This document shows positions 40,786-49,346 of a DNA stretch of 64,000 nt, in pieces. How positions within the stretch are numbered: the first letter of the stretch is position 1; every line of letters begins with the position of its first letter. The stretch comes from an uncultured bacterium (lineage in GTDB: Bacteria; Krumholzibacteriota; Krumholzibacteriia; LZORAL124-64-63), in contig CAVSGO010000003.1 of assembly GCA_963727525.1 (NCBI GenBank), forward strand, positions 128,001 to 192,000, given 5' to 3'. A model generated the notes under the pieces. The model saw nothing but the letters and a program-made list of their open reading frames with translations, had not been told where the DNA came from and did no database searches. Position numbers and translations under genes: made by a program.

Positions 40786-42008
40786 GTGCCACGAAGAATG
40801 TTGACGGGTCCAGCGCTTGCCTGGGCCCGTCTTCATGAACACCAAAACCCTCACTTCATGCCCTACGCTTCCTCCCCACTGCCCCAACCCTAACTGCAAA
40901 TACCACAAGCCTCAGCCGCAACCCTGGCCCTTCGCGCTCTTCGGCACCTTCTCCCGAAAATCCCCACCCTACACCGTCCAACGCTACCTCTGCCTGGCCT
41001 GCGGCAGGACCTGCTCAGACCAGACCTTCCGCACCACATACTGGCTCAAACGCGCCGATCTCCTGCCCAAGGTCCACAAGCACGCCGTCTCAGGCGCCGC
41101 CAACCGCCAGATCGCCAGGCTCCTCGACACCTCGCCGACGACCGTCGACAACCTCCTCGCCCGCCTCGGCCGACACTGCATCCTCTTCCATCGACACCTG
41201 GTGTCCCGGGCGTCACCCTTCGTGGACATCGCCATCGACGGCCTCGTCACCTTCGAGCACTCCCAGTACTTCCCCTACGAGATCGTCACGGCCGTCGATC
41301 GCCCCTCCAGCTTCATCATCCACTTCGCCGAGGCCGAGCGGCGACGCAGCGGGGCGATGACCGACGAGCAGAAATGGAAACGGTCCCTCTTCGAACAAAA
41401 CTATGGACGGCCGGACCCCAGGTCGTTGATGCGGGCGCTGCTCGAGGTGCTCTCGGTCTCGCTCGACGGCGCCACCGAGGCCCACATCTGGAGCGACAAG
41501 CACAAGACCTATCCCTACGCGATCGCGAAGCTACGGTATTGCAAGGTGATCCACGAGACGATCGACTCCCGTCAGCCGCGGACGAGTCGCAACCCGTTGT
41601 TCGAGGTCAACTTGCTGGACATGTTGCTGCGGCATTGTCTGAAAGACCATACGCGGGAGACGATCGCGTTCGGGAAGCGACGGCAGCATTCGATCTACCG
41701 GCTGGCGATCTTCCTGGTGTGGCGCAACACGATCAAGTTGCGTCGGGAGAAGCGGTGCTGGAGCACGCCGGCGATGCAGATCGGGATCGCCACGAAGCCC
41801 CTGACCGAGGAGGAGGTGTTGTCGCGGCGGCTGTTCGTGTCGCATATCGAGTTGCCGCCGTTGTGGGATGACTACTACTGGCGACGGGTCGAGACGCGGC
41901 CATTGAAGGTGAACCGGAGGCACGTGCTGACGTACGCCGCGTAGTGAGTCTGTCAGGCGTGGCGGGGAGTGCCCGGGCTCAAGGCGCCAACAACATTCTT
42001 CTTGGCAC
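40786..42008 (+). mobile_element. Complete 1223-bp insertion sequence, IS1/IS1595-like, with 18-bp terminal inverted repeats
   Basis: IRL GTGCCACGAAGAATGTTG (40786-40803) and IRR CAACATTCTTCTTGGCAC (41991-42008) match at 17/18. Single ORF; a second partial copy lies at 14.4-14.8 kb; no clear target duplication. Confidence 0.88.
40835..41944 (+). CDS. Putative transposase (Zn-ribbon, HTH and an IS1-like catalytic domain)
   Basis: CPNPNC...QRYLCLACGRT, HTH RQIARLLDTSPTTV, IAIDGLVTF, IWSDKHKTY, VNLLDMLLRH...RETIAFGK, TPAMQIGI. Confidence 0.82.
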   Translation: MNTKTLTSCPTLPPHCPNPNCKYHKPQPQPWPFALFGTFSRKSPPYTVQRYLCLACGRTCSDQTFRTTYWLKRADLLPKVHKHAVSGAANRQIARLLDTSPTTVDNLLARLGRHCILFHRHLVSRASPFVDIAIDGLVTFEHSQYFPYEIVTAVDRPSSFIIHFAEAERRRSGAMTDEQKWKRSLFEQNYGRPDPRSLMRALLEVLSVSLDGATEAHIWSDKHKTYPYAIAKLRYCKVIHETIDSRQPRTSRNPLFEVNLLDMLLRHCLKDHTRETIAFGKRRQHSIYRLAIFLVWRNTIKLRREKRCWSTPAMQIGIATKPLTEEEVLSRRLFVSHIELPPLWDDYYWRRVETRPLKVNRRHVLTYAA

Positions 42009-42030
42009 AACCCAACGCTTGATTGGCCGT

Positions 42031-42064
42031 TTCCTATCACCTCACGATTCCTATCACCTCACGA
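42031..42064. repeat. 17-bp tandem duplication spanning a stop codon
   Basis: TTCCTATCACCTCACGA x2. Confidence 0.9.
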
Positions 42065-44246
42065 GCACGAGCTTCGCCGTGGTCGCGCCGATGTCCGCGG
42101 TCACCTGTGCCAGGTAGACGCCGCTGCCGAGCGGCCGCCCGGCGTCGTCCGTCCCATCCCATTGCAGGATCCGCAGCCCCGCGGGCTCGACGGCGTCGAG
42201 CAGGGTCCGCACGTGGGCACCGCGCAGGTCGTGGATCGTGACGCGGGTCTGGCCGGCGCGCGGCAGGTCCAGGGACAGCGTGACGCGGGGATTGAAGGGA
42301 TTGGGAGCCACAGCGAGCGCGAGGGTTCGAATCGGCTGCGGCGCACCGTCGCCGGTCGCCGTGGCGATGTCCGGAAGTTCGGAGAGCGGGCGCGACCAGT
42401 AGCCGTGGCCGCGCGAACCGGCATAGAGGTTCGTGGCGTCGGACGCGAAGCAGTAGACCTCGCCGCCGGCGTAGCCGTCGTCGAATGGTGTCCAGTCCAT
42501 GCCGTCGAGGCTGGTGGAGACGCGGTTGCTGGAATCGGCGGCCACGAGCACGCTGCCCACGATGTGCAGGGCGTTCACGAACGTGGAGGGCAGGCCGACG
42601 CGCTCCCAGAGCGTGCCCGTCCAGCGGTAGATGCCGTCGCCCTGGGTGGCGGCGAGGACCTCGCCGTCGAAGACCGCGAGATCGTTGATGTACAGCGTCA
42701 GGTCGTTCAGCCCATCGCTGATGGGCGTGAAGCTGGCGCCGCCGTCTGTGGAGATGGCGGCACCGAACCCATACTGGCCTGCGAAGATGTCGTTGCCGCG
42801 CGAGGCGAGGGCCGACACGCGCTGGATGCCCGATACCGGCGTCCACTGGACGCCGCCGTCGTCGGAGCGGTAGAGGTCGTCCCAGGTGCCGGCGAAGAGA
42901 ACGCCGTCGTGCTCGTGCATACAGAGCACGATGTCGTTGCTCGCGATGCCGTTCGTGGCGGCGACGAAGCTGACACCATCGTCGTCGGAACGGTACACGC
43001 CGCGCGGGATGCCGTAGAGGCCTGCGAAGATGGAGTTGTGGTAAGGTAGCAACGCCACGGCCGTGGTGGAGGTGGCGATGCCGGTCGACCGGGTCCACGT
43101 GGCGCCCTGATCGGCGGAATACCAGATGGCGCGGCCGGTGCCGGCAGTCGCCTCGACGCCGGCAACCAGGTTGGCGCCCGCCACGAGCATGGCCTCGCTG
43201 CCGATGATACCCGACGCGCCGCTCCAGCTCGCCTGCCACGACGCACCGCCGTTGGACGAGCGGTGCACGGCACCGACCGTGCCCACGAGGATGTCGCCGC
43301 CCACCACGGCGGCGGCCGTGATCCGATCGAGCACCGGCAGCGTGGCGGTGATGTGCTGCCAGGTCTGACCGCCGTCGGTGGATGTGAAAAGGCCCGGCGT
43401 ACCGAAGTTGCCGTCGAGCGCGAGATAGTACGTGCCGCCGTCCGCCAGGAACGCGGTGGCGTCGACCTGCGAGGTCGTGGGCAGGTTCGTGCTGTGCAGC
43501 GTCCAGGTCAGGCCCGCGTCGAGCGACCGGTACACGCCTGAGAACGTGAAGCCGCTGCGGACCGCGGCGTAGATGGTCGTGCCGTCGACCAGGAGGCGGT
43601 CGACACGCGGTGTCGCAGGCAGGCCCGTGGTGATCGGCGCCCACGTGGCGCCGGCATCGGGCGAGCGGTAGAGCCCCGCGTCGGTGCCGGCGAGCACGAC
43701 GTCCACGAGGCTGGCAAGGTCGGAGCACGTCATGGCCGGGCAGCCGGGAATCGGTGCCCAGTGATCGCCGCCGTCGGTGCTGGCCGAAAGCGGTGACGGA
43801 CCGAAGTTGTCGAACCCGATGATGAGGTGGGAGGCGGAAATGTCGACCATGGCCGAGATGCTCGCGCTGGCCGACAGCCCCTGCGTCAACGCCTCCCACG
43901 ACGCGCCCCCGTCGGTGGTGCGGTGCAATCCCGAGAGATACCCACCGGCGAATACGGCCGCCGCGGTGCGCCGGATCACGAGGATGCCGCCGTTGGGCAG
44001 CCGCGTGTTGCTCCAGACCTGTCCGCCGTCGTCGGACACGTAGACATCGCCCGCGTCGGCTTCGTTGGTCCCCAGGAAAACCAGTCCCCCGTCGCTCGCA
44101 AGCACGCTGGACGCGGGCCCGATGGGTCCCGTGACCTGTTGCCACTCCGCGCGTGCGGACGCCACCCACACCGCGGTGAGCAGACCCGCAGCAATTACGA
44201 GGATCAGGTGATGCAGACCCGAATCGAGCAATGGACGACGGGACAT
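42054..44246 (-). CDS. Secreted BNR/Asp-box repeat beta-propeller protein with an FlgD-Ig domain
   Basis: More than 10 S.D.G.(T/S)W boxes, PNPFNP...WDGTDDAGRPLGSGVYLA; GGGAGG RBS before ATG 44246. Confidence 0.85.
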   Translation of the reverse strand: MSRRPLLDSGLHHLILVIAAGLLTAVWVASARAEWQQVTGPIGPASSVLASDGGLVFLGTNEADAGDVYVSDDGGQVWSNTRLPNGGILVIRRTAAAVFAGGYLSGLHRTTDGGASWEALTQGLSASASISAMVDISASHLIIGFDNFGPSPLSASTDGGDHWAPIPGCPAMTCSDLASLVDVVLAGTDAGLYRSPDAGATWAPITTGLPATPRVDRLLVDGTTIYAAVRSGFTFSGVYRSLDAGLTWTLHSTNLPTTSQVDATAFLADGGTYYLALDGNFGTPGLFTSTDGGQTWQHITATLPVLDRITAAAVVGGDILVGTVGAVHRSSNGGASWQASWSGASGIIGSEAMLVAGANLVAGVEATAGTGRAIWYSADQGATWTRSTGIATSTTAVALLPYHNSIFAGLYGIPRGVYRSDDDGVSFVAATNGIASNDIVLCMHEHDGVLFAGTWDDLYRSDDGGVQWTPVSGIQRVSALASRGNDIFAGQYGFGAAISTDGGASFTPISDGLNDLTLYINDLAVFDGEVLAATQGDGIYRWTGTLWERVGLPSTFVNALHIVGSVLVAADSSNRVSTSLDGMDWTPFDDGYAGGEVYCFASDATNLYAGSRGHGYWSRPLSELPDIATATGDGAPQPIRTLALAVAPNPFNPRVTLSLDLPRAGQTRVTIHDLRGAHVRTLLDAVEPAGLRILQWDGTDDAGRPLGSGVYLAQVTADIGATTAKLVLVR

Positions 44247-44384
44247 GGGTGGCCTCCCGAGGGCAGGGGCGAACATGCGCTTTCGAAATACGAGTGAAAC
44301 AATCTTACCTCGGGTCGGGGCCGGTGTCCAGGGGGTCGGCGTAACAGGGGTCAGCGCAAGAGTATGACCTTGGCCACCGTTCGA

Positions 44385-45195
44385 TCATCGCCCGCCGCCG
44401 CCCGGGCGAAGTAGACACCACTCGCGAGCGCTCGCCCCGCGCAGGTCGTGAATCGTCACGCGCACGTGTCCGGCGCGAGGCAGTGCCAGTGACAGAGTGA
44501 CGCGGGGATTGAAGGGGTTGGGTGCGGCGGTGAGCGCGAGCCCGAGCGCGTCGGGAACGCCGCCCTCGATGGAGCCGCCGAGATCCTCGCCGAACGCCGC
44601 GAGCACATCGTGGATCAGCGCCGAGCGCACGCGGTACCCGAGTTCGGTGAGCAATGCGTGCGCACCACCGGACTCGAGCAGGACGCCGTAGCCGGCCAGC
44701 GTCGCCGCCGCCGCGCGACTGCCAGGGCCGTCGCCGATATCGGCGGCGGGCGTGGTCGTCACGAAGAGGTCATGGTCAGACTACCCCTCGGCGAGCGAGA
44801 ACCTCCACTCGGCACCTGTATCGGTACGGTCGCTAGGCATGACCACCGTTTCGCCGGGCGGTGCCGGTGGCCTCGAAGTAGTAATGCACAACGTCACCGG
44901 GAAAGAGCAGGCTGGAGTCGGGCAAATCGAAGGCGTCGCGGCCGGCGACCGACGTCAGGAATCTCGCCACCTCGCCGGTGATGATGGCCTTCACCTGCGT
45001 GACGCCGGCCGGCAGCACCCACACACCGTCGAACAAGGGGTTGGCGCGGATGCGGACGGCCATTCGCGGCGGACAATCGAGCGTGGTGCCGGCACCAGTG
45101 GCGTGGGAAGCGATCGCGAAGATACTCGGGACCGCCAGAGTCGACCAGGCCGAAGCTGCGCCACGGGCCCGCCGACAGGGTGGCGGGATCGTCAC
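44385..45195 (-). pseudogene. Remnant of a large FlgD-Ig-domain secreted protein
   Basis: Out-of-frame pieces FDLPDSSLLFPGDVVHYYFEAT and RSALIHDVLAAFG...APNPFNPRVTLSLALPRAGHVRVTIHDLRG, followed by a truncated CTD. Confidence 0.7.
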
Positions 45196-45560
45196 TGGAG
45201 TTCGACCGGACGAACCACTCGGAGGAGATCTCCGCCAGGCTCTGGGTGCGAGGGTTGTGCACGAACACGTCGTACTTCAACTCGAGCGCGTCGCAACGCC
45301 CTGGCCACGGGAGAGCCAGCGCCGCCATCGCGCCGACCATGCTCCTGGCGGAGGCGGGCGTGGAGTACACCTTCCTCTGTTCATCGACGAATATCCCCGT
45401 GGAACCGTCCATCCGGAGTCTCGGCTCGATCAGGCTCACGTGCCCGAGCGCGGGTTACGTCATCCTGATGGCAAAGGCCGACGGCGTGGCGTCCGGCGAC
45501 AACACCACGTTCTGGATCGGGTCGAGCACATCCACGATCGGCAAGCCGGGGCTGGATGCA
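45180..45560 (+). pseudogene. Possible plus-strand fragment of another secreted beta-rich protein
   Basis: AAIAPTMLLAEAGVEYTF...LGSIRLTCPSAGYVILMAKADG reads like a real extracellular domain, but there is no start context. Confidence 0.4.
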
Positions 45561-45574
45561 CGCCCGCCTCGATA

Positions 45575-46499
45575 TCACCGCACGAGCATCATCCGCTGCG
45601 TCTGTAGGATCTCGCCCGACCGCAGCCGTGCGAAGTAAGCGCCCGACGGCATCGCGCGGCCGGTGTCGTTGGCGCCATCCCAGACGATGTCGTGCGCGCC
45701 GGCGGGAACGATGTCGTCGCGCACGAGCGTACATACGCCACGTCCCGCGCAATCGAAGACCGTCAGCGAAACGGCCATCGGTGCGGCCAGCGTATAGTGC
45801 GATGTCGTGCGCGGGTTGAACGGGTTGGGAGTGCAAGGTCGCAGCGAGACCGGTGCCGGCGCAACGGGCGCGTCGAATACTGGCACGAGGCCTAACAAGG
45901 AGTAAGCGTCGGCCACGCCGCCCGTATCGGCATCGATGTCCACCTCGATGATCATGCCCACGCCACGCAGGTACCACTCGATGCCGGTCACGGCGCCGGG
46001 GGCGGTGTCATACCCGGCGCCAGATTCGACGCCATCACGACGTTGTGGAGGTTGGGAGCATAATCCGGGTCGTAGCTGGCGATGGCGACCATGTCGTCAT
46101 ACACACGCGGACCATAGACGTATCGCAAGGCGTGCAGAAGCAGACGCCGAACTTCGCGCCGACGACCACCTCGACCAGCACGATGCTCTTGTCGAGATCG
46201 TGGACGATGCCAGCCTCGGCCTCGGCGTACACGGTGATCACGCCGCCGTCACGATGGATGACGGTGTAGTTGGCGACGTCCTCGCCGAGCTTGAACGCAG
46301 GATGACCCTCGTACGTGAATTCCTCGAAGACCGAGTTTACCCAGGTGTCGCCGGGGATATCGACATTCTCGTACGTCCAGGTCGCGCCGAGAACGAGCGG
46401 GAAATACCAGCCGAACATGTCGGCGGCGAGGGCCGGCGCGGCCGTGGCGAAACAGAGTACGAGGCAAAACAGGGTGATCCGGGGCGGTGGGCGAAGCAT
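45575..46499 (-). pseudogene. Frameshifted secreted protein with an FlgD-Ig domain
   Basis: AGGAG-ATG, signal peptide and YFPLVLGATWTY; a middle part in a second frame (VYDDMVAIASYDPDYAPNLHNVVM); the C-terminal part GIEWYLRGVG...PNPFNP...RMMLVR in a further frame. Confidence 0.8.
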
Positions 46500-46510
46500 G
46501 ATGGTCTCCT

Positions 46511-46700
46511 TCATCGCACGAGTACGAACCGCGCCGTCGCCGTGACGTCGCCGGCTTGCAACCGGGCCAGGTAGAGTCCCGCCGCCACGGCGCGGTCATG
46601 GTCGTCACGCACGATGCCCCGAAATCCGGCTGTCCGGTGGTGGAGGTGGCGGCGGCGTTCAGGAAGCAAGAATCGGTATGGACCGTCGGGACGACGGCAC
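46511..46700 (-). pseudogene. Orphan C-terminal fragment of an FlgD-Ig protein
   Basis: DDHDRAVAAGLYLARLQAGDVTATARFVLVR* with no upstream gene body. Confidence 0.7.
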
Positions 46701-47132
46701 GCAGCAGACTTGCGAACAGGCGCGTGGCGCGAATGATCAAACCCCCGAGAATGCGTGATCAGGTGTCGACTGTACACCGAGGCCGCCTCACGTCACAAGC
46801 GGCCCGGCGAATGTCGACGGTTCCATGCGTTGCCTGGATCCGCCTCTAGCCACGACCCGCGCCCGGGAAACCCGAATCTACCGCTCTGAGCTCGGTGCCG
46901 GTGACCGTGATACTAGAGAAATGTCATATATCCATGCCGGCGTCATGGATGCGGGAGACAGCGAGTGGCGAGGTGCCATGAATAGCTGCGAGAAAGCATA
47001 TTCAGGAATACTTCTCGAGCTTGCCGCACCTAATGGTACGTAAACATAGGACGTGCGAGGCGTACCCACCGGGTGTATCGTAATGAACTCAGAGGATGTT
47101 GAACTTCTCGGTGGGAGACGGGGAGAATCGCG

Positions 47133-49052
47133 ATGCGAGAACCAGGCCAAACAGCGACGGGTCGCAAGCTCCTACCACGATTCCTGAGAATAGTTCTGCC
47201 CGGCTACATGCTCATCGGGGTCCTCGTGCTGGTCTTCGTCGCGCTCAAGGCGCAGAGTCAGCGCAAGCTCATCGAGGTCGAGCAGGCTCACGTCGTCCAT
47301 GACCAGCATGAGATCATGCAGACAGTCTGCGAGGGGATCGTCACGGATCTCATGGTGCTCGCCTCCCAGCTCGAGATGAAGGCGATGGTCGACGATTCGT
47401 CCGCGAGCACGGAAGCGTCGCTGGCGAGCGAGTTTCGTACCTTCGCCCAGTACAAGCGCGACTACGACCAGGTGCGCTACATCGCGCGGTCCGGGCGAGA
47501 GGTCTTGCGCGTGTCGCGGGATCTCGGCGCCCCTGTCGTCGTGTCGACACCCGATCTGCAGGACAAGAGTGCGCGGTACTACGTGAAGACCGCTCTTACT
47601 CTCGCGCCTGGGCAGATCTACGTTTCGCCACTTGATCTCAACATTGAACACGGCAAGATTGAACAACCGTCCAAGCCGACGATCCGTCTCGCCACGCCCG
47701 TCTGCGATTCGAGCGGACAAATCCACGGCATTGTCGTGCTGAATTATCTGGCTGCAAACCTACTGGAGCCGCTGCGTCGCGTCAATCGTACGGCCCCCGG
47801 GCCCATCATGCTCCTGGATAACGCAGGCTACTGGCTCTTTGCTGAAAACTCGGATGACACGTTCGGCTTCATGTTCCCCGATCACCGTGATCGTACACTC
47901 GCCCAGCGCGATCCTGGATCGTGGCGACAGATTGCGGCCGCGGAACGGGGCTTGTTCGCGAATGCCCGTGGATTCTTCGCGTTCGCGACCATCCGGCCGA
48001 TCAGGTCGTGGGTCGGTGACGTCGTCACCGATGGCGCGTCGATGGGAGACGTGGTCAGTGCGGCTGACCGCTATGCCTGGAAGCTCGTATCCTACGTGCC
48101 GAGATCCCAGTACCGGCGCGAGGTCCTGGCCGACATCCGGGGTTGGCTGGTGCCGATCCTCCTGGTGCTGGTGCTACTCGCTAGCGTGGCCTGGCGGCTC
48201 GCGCGCTCGATCGAACGACGAAATGCGGCCGAGCAAGAGCTGCGCAACCTGAATGAGGAACTCGAAGCGCGGGTCACCGAGCGGTCGTCGGCACTCGTGG
48301 CGGCCACCGAGGCTCGCCGGCGGGCCGAGTCGGAGCTGCGTCAGTCGGAGAAGATCCGCACGCTTGGTACCGTGGCCGCGCGTATCGCCCACGACTTCAA
48401 CAACGCGCTAGAACCGATCCTGGGTTTCACCGAGCTAGCCCAGATCGGTCTGCCCGCCACCGCCCACGTCCAGCAGTACCTCGCGGCCGTGACCGTCGCC
48501 GTCGGCCGGGCCAGCGACCTGGTGCGCGAGATCCAGCTCTTCAGCAGCCGCGCGGCCCCGTGCCTGGAGAAAACCGCCCTGGCCGACATCGTGCAGGAAG
48601 TCGCGGCACAGACGAGATCGATGGCGCCGTCGGGCGTGACGATCCGCGTCGCCATCGATCCAGCCTGCCCGGCGGTCGACGTCGACCGCGGCCAGATCCA
48701 CCGGGCGCTCACCAACCTCTGCCGCAATGCCGTCCAGGCCTTCGAGCGCCGCGAAGGTGTTGTGACGATCGCACTCGGTACGAGCGGGGAACCACGAAAC
48801 TCCGTGAGACTCGCCGTGGTCGACGACGGGCCGGGCATTGCGCCAGAGATACGCGAGCGGCTGTTCGAGCCGTACGCCACCACGCGTGGCCGGAGCGGCG
48901 GATCAGGCCTCGGGCTCGCCACGGTGCACGGCATCGTGGAGCGCCATGGCGGGTTTATCGAGGTCGTCAGCACGCCTGACGAGGGCACGGCGTTCACGGT
49001 GGTGCTGCCGGTGGACGCCGAAAAGAGCCGGGCCCGGGAGCCGGTCGGGTAG
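47133..49052 (+). CDS. Cache-domain sensor histidine kinase (orphan)
   Basis: YDQVRYI, LQDKSARYY, IYVSPLDLNIEHG, KPTIRLATPV; IAHDFNNAL, NLCRNAVQA, DDGPGI, GSGLGLATVHGIV. Confidence 0.9.
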   Translation: MREPGQTATGRKLLPRFLRIVLPGYMLIGVLVLVFVALKAQSQRKLIEVEQAHVVHDQHEIMQTVCEGIVTDLMVLASQLEMKAMVDDSSASTEASLASEFRTFAQYKRDYDQVRYIARSGREVLRVSRDLGAPVVVSTPDLQDKSARYYVKTALTLAPGQIYVSPLDLNIEHGKIEQPSKPTIRLATPVCDSSGQIHGIVVLNYLAANLLEPLRRVNRTAPGPIMLLDNAGYWLFAENSDDTFGFMFPDHRDRTLAQRDPGSWRQIAAAERGLFANARGFFAFATIRPIRSWVGDVVTDGASMGDVVSAADRYAWKLVSYVPRSQYRREVLADIRGWLVPILLVLVLLASVAWRLARSIERRNAAEQELRNLNEELEARVTERSSALVAATEARRRAESELRQSEKIRTLGTVAARIAHDFNNALEPILGFTELAQIGLPATAHVQQYLAAVTVAVGRASDLVREIQLFSSRAAPCLEKTALADIVQEVAAQTRSMAPSGVTIRVAIDPACPAVDVDRGQIHRALTNLCRNAVQAFERREGVVTIALGTSGEPRNSVRLAVVDDGPGIAPEIRERLFEPYATTRGRSGGSGLGLATVHGIVERHGGFIEVVSTPDEGTAFTVVLPVDAEKSRAREPVG

Positions 49053-49346
49053 GGAACGGCGCCAGCCGTGTCGCATTCTATCATCACGGAATCGTCGGAC
49101 AGATTCTTGAGGTCCTCCTTCTGGGCGCGTCGGCCACGGTGGCTGGCAGGATCGACGAGAGCCGCGGGACGCGCGGACGCACGTGAAAGCACCCACGCGC
49201 GTGGTTGACCTTTCGTTCCGGGTCCGGCGGACCCTACCATACCCGCAGAAGGGCGATATGCCTGGCATCGCGCTGGACTTGCGCCTTTCTTGCCAGGAAG
49301 AGCGGCGGCTGCTGCGACGCCGGCCCGTTTTCCAGGAGAGTCCGCC

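Noticed and set aside
46860-47110. Lower-GC stretch with short ORFs upstream of the Cache kinase
   Set aside because: No recognisable motif or start context on either strand.
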